This document shows, in pieces, positions 1-10,476 of a stretch of 64,000 nucleotides of DNA. The notes beneath the pieces were generated by a model that had not been told where the DNA came from, searched no databases, and saw nothing but the letters and a program-made list of their open reading frames with translations. The translations under genes and the position numbers were made by a program. The DNA comes from a virus. Where the stretch lies: positions 32,001-96,000 of the IMG/VR virus record IMGVR_UViG_3300035698_006717; one strand, 5' to 3'. How positions within the stretch are numbered: position 1 is the stretch's first letter; every line of letters begins with the position of its first letter.

Positions 1-6
1 GCAAAG

Positions 7-1344
7 ATGCCGACAAGTAAACAAGGGAATATGGCGGAACTGGTAGACGCTGAGGATTTAAAATCCTCTAGCCTAGGCTGTGGGGGTTCGACTCCCCCTA
101 TTCCCAAAATCATAATATTGGGAGCTGGCCCATCTGGTCTTATTGCTGCAAATTATTTGAAGTCTAAAGATATAGATTTCAAAATTATAGCAAAGGATGG
201 GCACGGGTTCTCTAACATATCTACTCATGACTTCAAGTTTAAACTTGGTCAACGTACTATGTTCTATACTGATAGGATGCATAGCTTCCTTGAAGAGATG
301 AACAATTATGCTGTTGAAAGTATGAATTTGAGTGATAGTATTGGTGTTGTATTTAAGGGAAAGTTGCACAAGTATCCTATACAGAATAATTTGAAGACAC
401 TATCAATTAAAGATAGGCTGAGTTTCTTCATTAGCTATATTTTCAGGAGTAAGACAAAAGAATCTGATTATGCAAATTGGTCTTGTGCTAACTACGGTAA
501 TTGGTTTGCTAACAACATACTACTTCCTCATACAAATAAAACTCTTAAAGAGGATTTGTATACTATTAATGCAGAATCGTATGGGAAGAAAGTTGTCAAG
601 CTTGAATTGCTGAAGAAGAAAAGTAATTTGGCATTTGAAGAGCCTGATAAGATTCTTGCAAGGTTAAGAAAGAATGTTGAAATTCACATACAAGATGAAT
701 TAGTTACAAGTATTGATACTAAATGCAAACAAGTTAGCCTTCAGTATAAGGGATGTGCTAGATTTGAAGATTATGATATACTGATAAATACTATTCCTAT
801 ACTATCACTTATAGATCTGATGGAGTATCAGAATGATATCATAGAAGTAGCTACTAAAAGCCTTCAGTATAACAATATGTTTGCTGGAGTATTCATTATG
901 CCGACTGCTATGATAAAAACTGATATGAGTATCATATACTTCCCAGAGAGAGATTACACTTTCTCAAAAGTCAATATAGATAGGCGTAATGGAATAACTG
1001 TTATAGTGTGTGAGTGTTCATTCAGAAGGAATGATGAGGACAAGTTTTCCTGTACTGCTTACAAAGAGAAGTTCCTTGAGCGCATAGAGTATGATTTGAA
1101 GAAGGCAAGATTGATAAGTAGTGATATGTTTGTATCTATTCAGAGAGATTATAAGATCATATCGCCTTGCTACATTATTACTGATAAGGATTACAATGCA
1201 AGTAATTCCTTCCTACAAGCTCACTTTGAGCACAAGGGCATTTTCAATTGCGGTAGATTCTCACAGTGGGTACCATGGATGAGAGTAGAACATAGCTTAG
1301 AAAGGATGGATAGTATATATGACAGTATTCTCAGGAGAATGTGA
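7..1344 (+). CDS. FAD-dependent oxidoreductase (protoporphyrinogen oxidase / UDP-galactopyranose mutase-like); start uncertain because the ORF 5' end overlaps the tRNA
   Basis: Rossmann motif KIIILGAGPSGLIAA; YPIQNNL, INTIP and C-terminal CGRFSQW motifs. Confidence 0.75.
   Translation: MPTSKQGNMAELVDAEDLKSSSLGCGGSTPPIPKIIILGAGPSGLIAANYLKSKDIDFKIIAKDGHGFSNISTHDFKFKLGQRTMFYTDRMHSFLEEMNNYAVESMNLSDSIGVVFKGKLHKYPIQNNLKTLSIKDRLSFFISYIFRSKTKESDYANWSCANYGNWFANNILLPHTNKTLKEDLYTINAESYGKKVVKLELLKKKSNLAFEEPDKILARLRKNVEIHIQDELVTSIDTKCKQVSLQYKGCARFEDYDILINTIPILSLIDLMEYQNDIIEVATKSLQYNNMFAGVFIMPTAMIKTDMSIIYFPERDYTFSKVNIDRRNGITVIVCECSFRRNDEDKFSCTAYKEKFLERIEYDLKKARLISSDMFVSIQRDYKIISPCYIITDKDYNASNSFLQAHFEHKGIFNCGRFSQWVPWMRVEHSLERMDSIYDSILRRM
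25..106 (+). tRNA. trnL: tRNA-Leu (anticodon TAA), no encoded CCA
   Basis: Acceptor stem GGGAATA/TATTCCC plus discriminator A; D-arm TGGCGGAACTGGTAGACGC; anticodon arm GAGGA-TTTAAAA-TCCTC; long variable arm; T-arm GGGGG-TTCGACT-CCCCC. Confidence 0.93.
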
Positions 1345-1525
1345 TGGCTGTGGGAATTTAACCACTACATATTGCAATGGTAGCTTAGTGCTGAGAAAGA
1401 TTGTGAAAGTGGTAAGAGGTCTATTTATTGAAGATAGAATAATATTCTGTCCAGTGTGTGCCAAGGAAGGTAAGAAGATGATCAAGGCTCACAATCGTAA
1501 GATGAGGGGAATAGATGTCAAATAA
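1319..1525 (+). CDS. small Cys-rich (Zn-finger-like) hypothetical protein
   Basis: CDGC and CPVC pairs; overlaps both neighbours. Confidence 0.55.
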   Translation: MTVFSGECDGCGNLTTTYCNGSLVLRKIVKVVRGLFIEDRIIFCPVCAKEGKKMIKAHNRKMRGIDVK

Positions 1526-4500
1526 AGATTTTGCACATATCCATTTGCATACTGAGTTCAGCTTCCTAGATGGGTTCAGTAAGGTATGGGATGATGACCA
1601 TAAAGAGCCGTCTGACTTGCCTTTACGCATAGCAGAGATAGGCCAGAAGTATTGCGCCATAACTGATCACGGTTCTACTGCTGGTTGGATTAGATTTGAT
1701 AAGGCTATGAAGAAAGTTGGTGTATCTCCTCTATTTGGTGTAGAGGGATATTACTGTGATGATATGAGTGTTAAGGGATTAGATGAAACTAGAAAGCTAG
1801 ATGCTACCAGAGGATTAACTAATGCCAAGGAAAAGAAAGCTGCCACTAAGAAGATGGAAAAGGAGTTGGGGCTAAATAAGAGAGCGCACTTTGTAGCCTT
1901 GGCTATGAATGCTGATGGCATACAAGAAATATTGAAGTCAACTTCCATAGCTGCAACAGAAGGATTCTATTACAGGCCAAGATGGGATTTTAGCCTAATA
2001 AAGAGTATGAAGAATTGCATCATAGGAACAGCTTGTGCTGGTGGCATTCTAAACTATTGGTGCAACAGAGAAGACCTGCCTATGAAGGAACGCTTACAGA
2101 TGGCTGTGAGAGAGGCTAAGAAATGGAAAGATGAATTAGGCGATAGGTTTTATCTTGAATTGCAATCCATAGATTGGTCAAGACAGACCAAGTATAATAA
2201 GTTTATTTGGAAGATAGCTCAGCATTTAGATTTGCCTTGCTACCTTGCTAATGACTCACATTATGTTAAGGCAGAGGACTGGGAAGCTCATGATATTCTT
2301 TTGGCAATACAGTCGGCTCACGGAGTACCTTCAAAGGATGCTCTGAATAATCCTGATAGGCTTAGATATGATATGCATGATCTATATGTCAAGACTAGGA
2401 AGGAAATGGCTCAGAGCTTTCTTGCTAGAAATGATGTAGATATATATGGTAAGAGTAACATATCAAAAATGTTAGACTGTACACTTGAGATAGCAGAGCG
2501 TTGCCATCATTCTGTGAATAAGAAGAAAATGATCATGCCTGCAATAGAGGTTCCTGATTTTGCTAAGTTGGATAAAACAAAAACTACTGATGATGATAGA
2601 AAGAATTATTTGAAGTATTTGTGCAAAGAGGGATGGCAGAGAAAAATTGTCCCTTATGTATCCAAGAAGGATAGAGTAGTATACAAAGAGAGACTGAAGG
2701 AAGAACTTTATCAGATCATTAGCCAAGGGTTTACCCCTTACTTCATTATGTGTAATGGTCTGATGAAATGGTCTGATGAGAAGGGCATAGCAAGAGGCCC
2801 TGCGCGTGGTAGCTCTGCTGGCTCCCTAGTAGCATACCTGTTAGATATAGTAATGGTAGATCCAATTCCTCACAAGCTATTGTTTAGTAGGTTTATTGAT
2901 CCAAACCGTACTGACTATCCAGATGTTGATATGGACTTTGGGGATTGGAGAAGGGGAGTGATTGTCCAATACTTTGTTGAGAAGTATGGCAAGGAGAAGG
3001 TTGCTATTCTTGGTAACAATATGACCTTCAAACCTAAGATGGCTCTCAAGGATGTTGCTAGGCTATATGGAGTTCCTATATTTGAAACACAAGAGCTTTG
3101 CAATTTAGTTGTGAATAGATCTGGAGCAGATAGTAGGCTGAGTTTCTGCGTTAAGGATACTTTTGATCAGCATGAGTTTGCTAAGGAATATGCTAGGAAG
3201 TATCCCAAGGTGGCAAAATTCTCTCAGCAGCTAGAAGGGCTAAAGAAGATACAGGGAGTACATGCTGCTGGAGTAGTTATAGCGGATGGAGACATAACTC
3301 AGTATACATCTATGAGATATGACAAAAGACAAAAGGACTTCCTAATTGCTACCATAGATAGGTATGACTGTGAAGATATAGGTCTACTAAAGATGGATAT
3401 ATTGGGATTGAATACTATGTCTGTACTTCAAGAGTGCCGTGTACTTATAAAGGAAAGGCACGGAGTATGGATAGACTTTGAGGAATTATGTAGAGATGTC
3501 ACATATAAAGGTGGAGATAAGAAAACATATGAGGCATTTGCTGACGCAAGGACTACTGGTATATTCCAGTTCAATAGCCCTGGCCTGACTCGTTTAGCCA
3601 AGCAAGTGAAGATAGAGAACTTTGATGAGATAAGTGACTGTACAGCCTTACACAGACCTGGCCCAATTCACGCTGGAGCTATGAATAGGTATCCTGCCCT
3701 AAAGAGTGGTGAGTTGGAGAAGTTTGACCCTTTGCACAAGATTGTAGAGGAAGAAACGCAAGACACCTATGGGCTAGTTATCTATCAAGAGCAGGTTATG
3801 CAGATAGTAAGGCGGTTGGGTAAGTTTGATTGGGCCCAAACAAATACAGTTCGTAAGGTTATGAGTAAGTCTGGTGGAGCAGAATACTTTATGACCAACT
3901 TCTGGCCTACCTTTAAGAATGGCTGTGCTGATGAAGGATTGGATGAAAAGACTGCCCTAAAGATATTCCATAGAATTATGAGCTTTGGATCATGGGCCTT
4001 CAATAAGTCACACTCTATCTCGTATGCGTTTGTTTCTTACTTTTGTATGTATATGAAGGTAAACTATCCCATAGAGTTCTGTACTGCTTATATGAATAAG
4101 GTAAATGATACAAGCGGTGAGAATGTACCTAAGATGGTGTTGGAGGCTCAGAGATTAGGGATCGGTATGAGAGAACCTGACATCAATATATCCAAGAGTG
4201 GATTTGTTATTGAGGGAAATACTATTGTATCAGGGCTGAGTAAGATAAAGAATGTAGGAGCAAAAGCTGTTGTTACTATATTGGAAAATCAGCCGTTTGA
4301 TGGTATTGTAGATTTTCTGATTAAGATAGACAATCGTGCTTGCAATAAAAGATCTGTAGAGAACTTGGTTAAGGCAGGAGCTTTTGATTCATTTGGTTAT
4401 GATAAGGGAGCTTTACTAGAGAATGTTGAAGCAATACTGAAGAATGTCAAGAAGGGTAATGATAAAAGCCTCAATATTGCTAAAGAGTTTGTAGATGGAT

Positions 4501-5492
4501 GTATGGGGGAAGAGAGCTTATCTGAGCAGCAAGTAGCTGAGCTTAAAACTGGGGTTTCCCCAGTATCAGTAGGTAAGCATATAACTAGATATTATGATGA
4601 TGTTGTAGATAGTTTAGCATCTCATGTTAGAGTTACTAGGCTTATTGACATAGAGTTAGATGATGCTGCACAAGTACAGCAGCAGCAACAAGAGAACCAA
4701 TCTCAAGTTAAGAGATTAGATGTATGGATAACAGGTCTATTGACTCATGTTGACTTGAAAAGGTTATCGCAGGAGGTCAAGGAAGTTATTGATACTGGCA
4801 AGGAAGAAAGATATGCGTTATGTAATCTAGAGGATGGTACAGACTTCATAGTATTATCTCTCAAGAAAGGCATATATACAAAATATGAGCAGGAACTGTT
4901 CAACTTTATGGGGAAGGTTGTTCTAGTTAGAGGAACTGTGAATAAGGGTTGGAAGAAATGTTTTGTTGATACCATATATATAATGGATGATTTGAGAGCA
5001 TACCTTGATGGTGGACACAAACCTTTCAACTATGATTATGAATATTTGTTCAAGCATCCTCTGAATAGATACTTTGATAAAAAGGGTGGGATTGCCAAGA
5101 TAAAGGCTAAGTGCGGCTGTGTTGATATGATAGATGTCACTACTCTACCAATAGGCCAGAGTATTTGGGCTATGGGGATAATATCTGATATACAAACATT
5201 TGTAGGTAGACCTACAAGTAAAATACCTGGCAAGAAATTTTACTGGATATTCTTTGAGGATGATACATTCTGTGGGAGTTTTATGGTATTCCCTACGGAT
5301 AAAAGGTTCAAGGCTATGAAGAAGGATATATTTGAATTGTATAAGTCTCACGATCCGTTCCTATTGCAGATACAAAGAGATATGAGTTTTAAGGAAGGAG
5401 ATAGACAATACAAGCAGGTATGTATATCTATTGATAAAAGATCTAGTTGGGAAGATATGATCCGTAGACCATTTAAAAGGAGGAAAAAATAA
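1515..5492 (+). CDS. dnaE: DNA polymerase III alpha subunit (family C)
   Basis: PHP motifs HLHTEFS, TDHG, NDSHY; RGSSAGSLVAYLL; catalytic PDVDMDF; KMDILGL; FNKSHS; C-terminal OB-like region. Confidence 0.97.
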   Translation: MSNKDFAHIHLHTEFSFLDGFSKVWDDDHKEPSDLPLRIAEIGQKYCAITDHGSTAGWIRFDKAMKKVGVSPLFGVEGYYCDDMSVKGLDETRKLDATRGLTNAKEKKAATKKMEKELGLNKRAHFVALAMNADGIQEILKSTSIAATEGFYYRPRWDFSLIKSMKNCIIGTACAGGILNYWCNREDLPMKERLQMAVREAKKWKDELGDRFYLELQSIDWSRQTKYNKFIWKIAQHLDLPCYLANDSHYVKAEDWEAHDILLAIQSAHGVPSKDALNNPDRLRYDMHDLYVKTRKEMAQSFLARNDVDIYGKSNISKMLDCTLEIAERCHHSVNKKKMIMPAIEVPDFAKLDKTKTTDDDRKNYLKYLCKEGWQRKIVPYVSKKDRVVYKERLKEELYQIISQGFTPYFIMCNGLMKWSDEKGIARGPARGSSAGSLVAYLLDIVMVDPIPHKLLFSRFIDPNRTDYPDVDMDFGDWRRGVIVQYFVEKYGKEKVAILGNNMTFKPKMALKDVARLYGVPIFETQELCNLVVNRSGADSRLSFCVKDTFDQHEFAKEYARKYPKVAKFSQQLEGLKKIQGVHAAGVVIADGDITQYTSMRYDKRQKDFLIATIDRYDCEDIGLLKMDILGLNTMSVLQECRVLIKERHGVWIDFEELCRDVTYKGGDKKTYEAFADARTTGIFQFNSPGLTRLAKQVKIENFDEISDCTALHRPGPIHAGAMNRYPALKSGELEKFDPLHKIVEEETQDTYGLVIYQEQVMQIVRRLGKFDWAQTNTVRKVMSKSGGAEYFMTNFWPTFKNGCADEGLDEKTALKIFHRIMSFGSWAFNKSHSISYAFVSYFCMYMKVNYPIEFCTAYMNKVNDTSGENVPKMVLEAQRLGIGMREPDINISKSGFVIEGNTIVSGLSKIKNVGAKAVVTILENQPFDGIVDFLIKIDNRACNKRSVENLVKAGAFDSFGYDKGALLENVEAILKNVKKGNDKSLNIAKEFVDGCMGEESLSEQQVAELKTGVSPVSVGKHITRYYDDVVDSLASHVRVTRLIDIELDDAAQVQQQQQENQSQVKRLDVWITGLLTHVDLKRLSQEVKEVIDTGKEERYALCNLEDGTDFIVLSLKKGIYTKYEQELFNFMGKVVLVRGTVNKGWKKCFVDTIYIMDDLRAYLDGGHKPFNYDYEYLFKHPLNRYFDKKGGIAKIKAKCGCVDMIDVTTLPIGQSIWAMGIISDIQTFVGRPTSKIPGKKFYWIFFEDDTFCGSFMVFPTDKRFKAMKKDIFELYKSHDPFLLQIQRDMSFKEGDRQYKQVCISIDKRSSWEDMIRRPFKRRKK

Positions 5493-5836
5493 TGGGTGAG
5501 CGAATGGAAGATTATGTGAAGAAACTTAATGGTGAGGAAGGTACTGTTACTGTTGAGAAGGATGGTAGGAAGATAGTGCTTACTGTTGGGCTACTAGGAG
5601 ATGTTAGGGTTAAAAAGAAGAAAGAGAATATCAGGCTTATAAAGTTGGTTGATGAGATAGATAAGGAAATATGGTATTCCAAGTGTAAGGGTTTAGTCAT
5701 GAAGGCATATCTATTCCCAAAACACGTTGATGCTCTTTCTGTTACATTTCCTGACTCTACTGTAATTTCTGGTGAGCATTTTGATTTGGTAAAATATTGG
5801 GATCATGCAAGGAATGATGATATTAGATTAAAATAA
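5492..5836 (+). CDS. hypothetical protein
   Basis: 114 aa ORF coupled to dnaE by a TAATG overlap. Confidence 0.7.
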   Translation: MGERMEDYVKKLNGEEGTVTVEKDGRKIVLTVGLLGDVRVKKKKENIRLIKLVDEIDKEIWYSKCKGLVMKAYLFPKHVDALSVTFPDSTVISGEHFDLVKYWDHARNDDIRLK

Positions 5837-5889
5837 CATTTTGTTCATAAACCGTAATCTATTATATTATAGTAGTAGGAAAATTAAAC

Positions 5890-6405
5890 ATGTCATTTAA
5901 AAATATGCAAGATGGGCTAAAGAGCCTTACAGACAAATATAGCAAGGAGCTTGATATTGAAGGGCTGCTGGACATATCTGATTCAATATCAGAAGATCCT
6001 GCCGCTTTGTCATATGAGATATCAAGGCAGCCAGCCATATATGCATATGTAGCTAATATGAAAAGAATTGCTGAATCAAATTGCGACAAATTAAATGATA
6101 AGTTGGAAAGGTTCAAAGATAGTAAGCTGAGAGTTATAACTGAATATCTTAAATCTGATGGTGTTGCCAAACCAACGGCAAAGATGATTGAAACTAGATT
6201 CAATCAGCACTTTAAGGATAATGAACTTTACAAAGAATTAACTGGTCAAATTAAAATGTGGAAGACCAGAAAGGAGATGGTGGCAATAGTATTGAAATCT
6301 ATAGATAGCAGAGAGCAAAGTTTCAAGTCTTTAAGCTATATGATGGATACTATGGTTAAAACTGGTTTAATGTATCCTAAACCATCTAAGCGTAATGGAG
6401 TTTGA
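5890..6405 (+). CDS. helical protein, possibly a UvsY-like recombination mediator
   Basis: Coiled-coil character; lies upstream of SSB and RecA; preceded by TATATT box and AGGA RBS; function inferred from context. Confidence 0.45.
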   Translation: MSFKNMQDGLKSLTDKYSKELDIEGLLDISDSISEDPAALSYEISRQPAIYAYVANMKRIAESNCDKLNDKLERFKDSKLRVITEYLKSDGVAKPTAKMIETRFNQHFKDNELYKELTGQIKMWKTRKEMVAIVLKSIDSREQSFKSLSYMMDTMVKTGLMYPKPSKRNGV

Positions 6406-6643
6406 GATGCTGAAGTTTGGTAGGAAAGCTGTTGATACAGTTACAGGATTGGAAGGTAAGATTACTGGATTTGCCAAATATATGACAGGCTGCAACCAGT
6501 ATGCATTAGAGTCTTGTGAAAATAATGAAATTAAGGCAACTTGGATTGATGAGCAAAGAGTTAAGTATGTAGGAGATATGACAAAGAAAATTGTGCAGAA
6601 GAAAACTGGTGGGCCACAAAGAACTCCACCTTCTAGACACTAA
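6395..6643 (+). CDS. hypothetical phage protein
   Basis: DTVTGLEGKITG...YMTGCNQY...WIDEQRV pattern seen in small phage proteins. Confidence 0.65.
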   Translation: MEFEMLKFGRKAVDTVTGLEGKITGFAKYMTGCNQYALESCENNEIKATWIDEQRVKYVGDMTKKIVQKKTGGPQRTPPSRH

Positions 6644-6663
6644 TAACAAAAGGAGAAACCACT

Positions 6664-7584
6664 ATGGGTTTCAGAGATGGCAAGGGCGGCGATTCAATTG
6701 CAAGGCATCTATTCAAGCCAGAGAATGGCAAGACGTATGTTATTCGTATTTGGCATGATACCTTGGAGCAGTGGTCAGAGTGCTGGCCTACTTTCATAGG
6801 TGATGATGGTAATAAGATAATGCGCAGATTTGTCGGTAGTGATGGTTTCGCTAACTTCAAGCCTATTAATGATTTCAAGAAGGCAGTTAAGATTACTGAG
6901 ATGTTTGCCAATATTGAGCCAGAGAGAGAACGCAAGCGGCTTATTGGTAATTGGAATGCTGGGCATCAGAATGCTTCAATTGTTATTATTGGTACTGAGC
7001 AGACTGTTAAGGTTGATGGTAAGACTAAGCGTAAGATTGAATGGGATAAGGATGCAAAAATCTATCCTTTTGGTTCCACAGTATACAAGCAGTTGTATGC
7101 TATTAACCATAACCCTAATAATATTGAGAATGCTGAGAAGGTCAAGCAGCTTGCTGGTAAGATGTCTGATGGTGGTGATGGAGAAGGACTGCTTTGCACA
7201 GACGTTTATGCACTTCGCCTTACCAAGACACGGACTGGCCAGAAGACAGATTTCACTACCGAAGCAGATAAGCTGTGCGGGCCTGTGAAGAGTATCAATA
7301 ATGCGGAAGAGATTGAGAAGGTTCTGGCTGGATTTATTGAGCCTAGCCCTGAGAGCGAAATTGAACAGTATCTCTCTAATAATAGTGAAGGCGCTTATTC
7401 TGGTTCAGGTGCTGAAGCTCAATCTACTGAAGAGGAAGTTGATGAGCCATCTACTAAGAAGAAGACTGCAACTGTTGAAGAGGATTCTATTGAAGAAGAA
7501 GTTGTAGAAGCTGAAGTTGTAGAAGAAGCTGCTTCTGGTGAGATGTCTGAAGATTTGGATGATCTTGAGATAGAAGATCTCTAA
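6664..7584 (+). CDS. single-stranded DNA-binding protein (gp32-like)
   Basis: Strong AGGAG RBS; FKPENGKTYVIRIW N-terminus; long acidic tail ending DLDDLEIEDL; next to recA. Confidence 0.7.
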   Translation: MGFRDGKGGDSIARHLFKPENGKTYVIRIWHDTLEQWSECWPTFIGDDGNKIMRRFVGSDGFANFKPINDFKKAVKITEMFANIEPERERKRLIGNWNAGHQNASIVIIGTEQTVKVDGKTKRKIEWDKDAKIYPFGSTVYKQLYAINHNPNNIENAEKVKQLAGKMSDGGDGEGLLCTDVYALRLTKTRTGQKTDFTTEADKLCGPVKSINNAEEIEKVLAGFIEPSPESEIEQYLSNNSEGAYSGSGAEAQSTEEEVDEPSTKKKTATVEEDSIEEEVVEAEVVEEAASGEMSEDLDDLEIEDL

Positions 7585-8064
7585 GTGAAGCTGAAAGAAT
7601 GCAAAAGGTGCGGCCTCTGTAAGGGGTCGCACTATTCCCTTTCAAAAGGCAGAAGCCAAGCTTCTGTTATGTTCATATTCCATAGGGAATCTACAGATGA
7701 TGTTGGTAGATATAAGGAGCAAGAATTTATTAGGAATTTGGATCGCAAGTTGGATCATGATTGGTATAAGGCATACGCTATAAAATGCTGTAGTACTACA
7801 AAAGCTAAATTGAGTCACCTTAATAAATGTAGCGTATGGATCCAAAAAGAATATGAGCAAGTTGATCCATATCTAGTAATTCTAATGGGGATGGCTCCTG
7901 CTATTGCTTTATTGGGGAAAAGATATGGCAAGTTAGTACAGAATGCTTTTTACATTAGAGATGGTAAAAGATTCTTTGTAGGTGAAAGAATTAATGGTGA
8001 TATGAAAAAGCTTGATAAAAATGCTTCGGTACTATATGAATACATCAAGAGATACTACACATAA
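7585..8064 (+). CDS. uracil-DNA glycosylase family 4-like protein, degenerate active site
   Basis: CKRCGLC Fe-S-type motif, IKCC and PYLVILMG; the GEAPG motif is replaced by HREST. Confidence 0.65.
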   Translation: MKLKECKRCGLCKGSHYSLSKGRSQASVMFIFHRESTDDVGRYKEQEFIRNLDRKLDHDWYKAYAIKCCSTTKAKLSHLNKCSVWIQKEYEQVDPYLVILMGMAPAIALLGKRYGKLVQNAFYIRDGKRFFVGERINGDMKKLDKNASVLYEYIKRYYT

Positions 8065-8073
8065 GGATTCTAC

Positions 8074-9090
8074 ATGCCACCGAAAAAGAAATCAGAACCA
8101 ACTACTTTCAATAACATAGATGATCTTGTCAATAAGCTAGAGAAGGATCATGGCAAAGGCACCATTATGACGCAGGGCCGTAAGGCTCTAGATGATGTTA
8201 AGTTCATTCCTACAGGGCTGGTGAGCTTAGACTGCGCCTTGGGTGGTGGTATACCTTCTGGTAGGATGATAGAGTGCTACGGGCCAGAGAGTTCAGGCAA
8301 AACCTCATTCACATTACACTGCATAGGTATTGCTCAGCGCCTAGGTAGAACTGCTATGTTTATAGATGCTGAGCATAGTTATGATCCTAAGTATGCTGAA
8401 AAATTTAGAGTTGATAATGAGAAGCTACTTCTCAACCAGCCTGATTCTGCCGAACAGGCTTTGACTATAATGGAGACTTCTGTACAGAGCGGTCTAGTGA
8501 ATCTGATAGTATTAGATTCTGTTGCAGCATTAGTTCCTCAGAGTGAAGTGGAAGGAGAGATGGGAGATGCTCAGATGGGCAAGCAAGCTCGCCTTCTATC
8601 TCAAGCTTGTCGCAAGCTGACTTCTATTATTGGTAAAACTGATTGTACTGTAATATGGATTAATCAGATTCGTATGAAGATAGGTGTTATGTTTGGTAAT
8701 CCTGAAACTACTACTGGCGGTAATGCTCTGAAGTTCTATTGTTCTCAGAGAGTTGATGTGCGCCGTATAGGTAGAATACCAAAGGCCAAAGAATCTATAA
8801 TGACTGGTATGCTTCAGCGTTTCAAAGTAGTCAAGAATAAGGTAGCACCGCCTTTTAGAGAATCAGAGATTGAACTATATTTCAAGAGTGGATATGATTC
8901 TATAGGAGATACTGTATCAGCTGCAGTAGACTTTGATATAATCCAAAAGGCTGGAGCTTGGTATAGTTATGCTGGGGAACGTCTTGGCCAAGGGTTAGCT
9001 GGAGCAATAAAGGGATACCGTCAACTGGACAAGGAAAATAGGCGCACTATTAAGAAGAAGCTGAAAGAATGCTATGAGGCTAATGCGTGA
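8074..9090 (+). CDS. recA: recombinase RecA
   Basis: GPESSGKT Walker A, FIDAEH, DSVAALVP, NQIRMKIGVMFGNPETTTGGNALKFY, KNKVAPPF. Confidence 0.98.
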   Translation: MPPKKKSEPTTFNNIDDLVNKLEKDHGKGTIMTQGRKALDDVKFIPTGLVSLDCALGGGIPSGRMIECYGPESSGKTSFTLHCIGIAQRLGRTAMFIDAEHSYDPKYAEKFRVDNEKLLLNQPDSAEQALTIMETSVQSGLVNLIVLDSVAALVPQSEVEGEMGDAQMGKQARLLSQACRKLTSIIGKTDCTVIWINQIRMKIGVMFGNPETTTGGNALKFYCSQRVDVRRIGRIPKAKESIMTGMLQRFKVVKNKVAPPFRESEIELYFKSGYDSIGDTVSAAVDFDIIQKAGAWYSYAGERLGQGLAGAIKGYRQLDKENRRTIKKKLKECYEANA

Positions 9091-9293
9091 TTATCAAGAA
9101 TGATATTAAGGGACGTAAGAGATTTGATGAGGATGTTCTTGAATGGGATAGATGTTACATAAATGGATTTGAGATAACTGAAGATATGAATGGTGCATTA
9201 AAGATAAGGGATGCTGAATGTATGAATGGTGAGAGAATGGTGGTATTGCCATCAGTATCCAACATTATTGGAATAACAAGGGTTAAAATATGA
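9087..9293 (+). CDS. hypothetical protein
   Basis: GTGA overlap with recA. Confidence 0.55.
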   Translation: MIIKNDIKGRKRFDEDVLEWDRCYINGFEITEDMNGALKIRDAECMNGERMVVLPSVSNIIGITRVKI

Positions 9294-9499
9294 AACTTGT
9301 GACAAAATTTGATTATCTTGATTATGTTAGATTGGAAGATGTTGGGATGAAGGGTAGGATAGTGAAAATTGAGTTCAGCGGTGGCATAGTCTATAAAGTT
9401 GAATATTGGTTACATGAGGAAATTAAAACTGTATATGTGTATGAAGATGAAATTGAGACATGGAATACTGAATTCAGAAGAATAGGGTTATCAAAATGA
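9290..9499 (+). CDS. hypothetical protein
   Basis: ATGA overlaps on both sides. Confidence 0.6.
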   Translation: MKLVTKFDYLDYVRLEDVGMKGRIVKIEFSGGIVYKVEYWLHEEIKTVYVYEDEIETWNTEFRRIGLSK

Positions 9500-10476
9500 A
9501 AATCTTACTAACAGCTGATTGGCACTTAAAACATAAGCATCCATTCTCTCAAGTGGTAGAGGGCAAGGTGTGGGATGAATTATTTGAAGCAAAAATGAGA
9601 GTTCTTTGGGAGCTTCCTAATATTGCGAAGAAAGAAGATGTTGATTGGGTAGCTATAACTGGTGATATATTTGATAACACAAATCCACCTGAAGCTATCA
9701 AAGCAGAAGTTTGTAAGTTATTGGATAAGTTCTCTTGTCCTGTTTTCATAATAAACGGTAATCATGAAACTGCTAGCTTTGGCAACCATGCCCTTATGGA
9801 TATAGGCCAAGCATATAAAAGTACTACCAGTAAGAAGTCTCACGTATTTGTATATAATGACCATAATGTTACTGATGGAATAGGTATGTTCCATATAATG
9901 ATGGAAGGCATAGATGAAAGATACAGAAATGTCATTAAGTTTGAGGATTCTAGATTTGCTGATTGCAATACAATACTCCTTGGAGATTATCATGCTTTCT
10001 TCAAGAAGAATTATGGTGGTAAGACTTTTGTCTATCCTGGCACTCCATATCCCACTCGTTTTGGTGAAGAAAATCATTCTGTTTGTATTTTGGAGTGTGA
10101 CGCTCAAGGAAATACAAGAAATAGTAAACAGGTTGAAATACCCTCATATAAATTCCTTGAATGTAACACGAGTGATATTAAAAAGACAATTGGGGATGCC
10201 GATGCAAAAGGCTTTCAGTATGTACTTAAAGTCAGGACTACTGCAAAACCAGAAAATATGAATAAGATAGCTTTGAAGCTACGGGAGTATAAGGTCAAGC
10301 TGAGCAAAAGAGAAAATTGCTTAGACTTTGTATATTCTATAAAGGCGGCAAAAGTTGTAGCTGAGTTAGAAGATGTGAGCAATAGATCTGTTGAGGATGT
10401 TGCTCTTGAGTACATAGGTAACAATTGCATGTATCCTGAAGAAGGTAAGGCTTTGTTTAAGGAGTTAATGACGTGA
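9496..10476 (+). CDS. SbcD/Mre11-like metallophosphoesterase nuclease (T4 gp47-like)
   Basis: ADWH, GDIFD, GNHE, GDYH and YPGT motifs. Confidence 0.9.
   Translation: MKILLTADWHLKHKHPFSQVVEGKVWDELFEAKMRVLWELPNIAKKEDVDWVAITGDIFDNTNPPEAIKAEVCKLLDKFSCPVFIINGNHETASFGNHALMDIGQAYKSTTSKKSHVFVYNDHNVTDGIGMFHIMMEGIDERYRNVIKFEDSRFADCNTILLGDYHAFFKKNYGGKTFVYPGTPYPTRFGEENHSVCILECDAQGNTRNSKQVEIPSYKFLECNTSDIKKTIGDADAKGFQYVLKVRTTAKPENMNKIALKLREYKVKLSKRENCLDFVYSIKAAKVVAELEDVSNRSVEDVALEYIGNNCMYPEEGKALFKELMT

Noticed and set aside
6830-7507. Alternative-frame ORFs inside the SSB gene, and similar shadow ORFs throughout the window
   Set aside because: Leu/Arg-rich off-frame translations of biased codons, with no RBS or motifs
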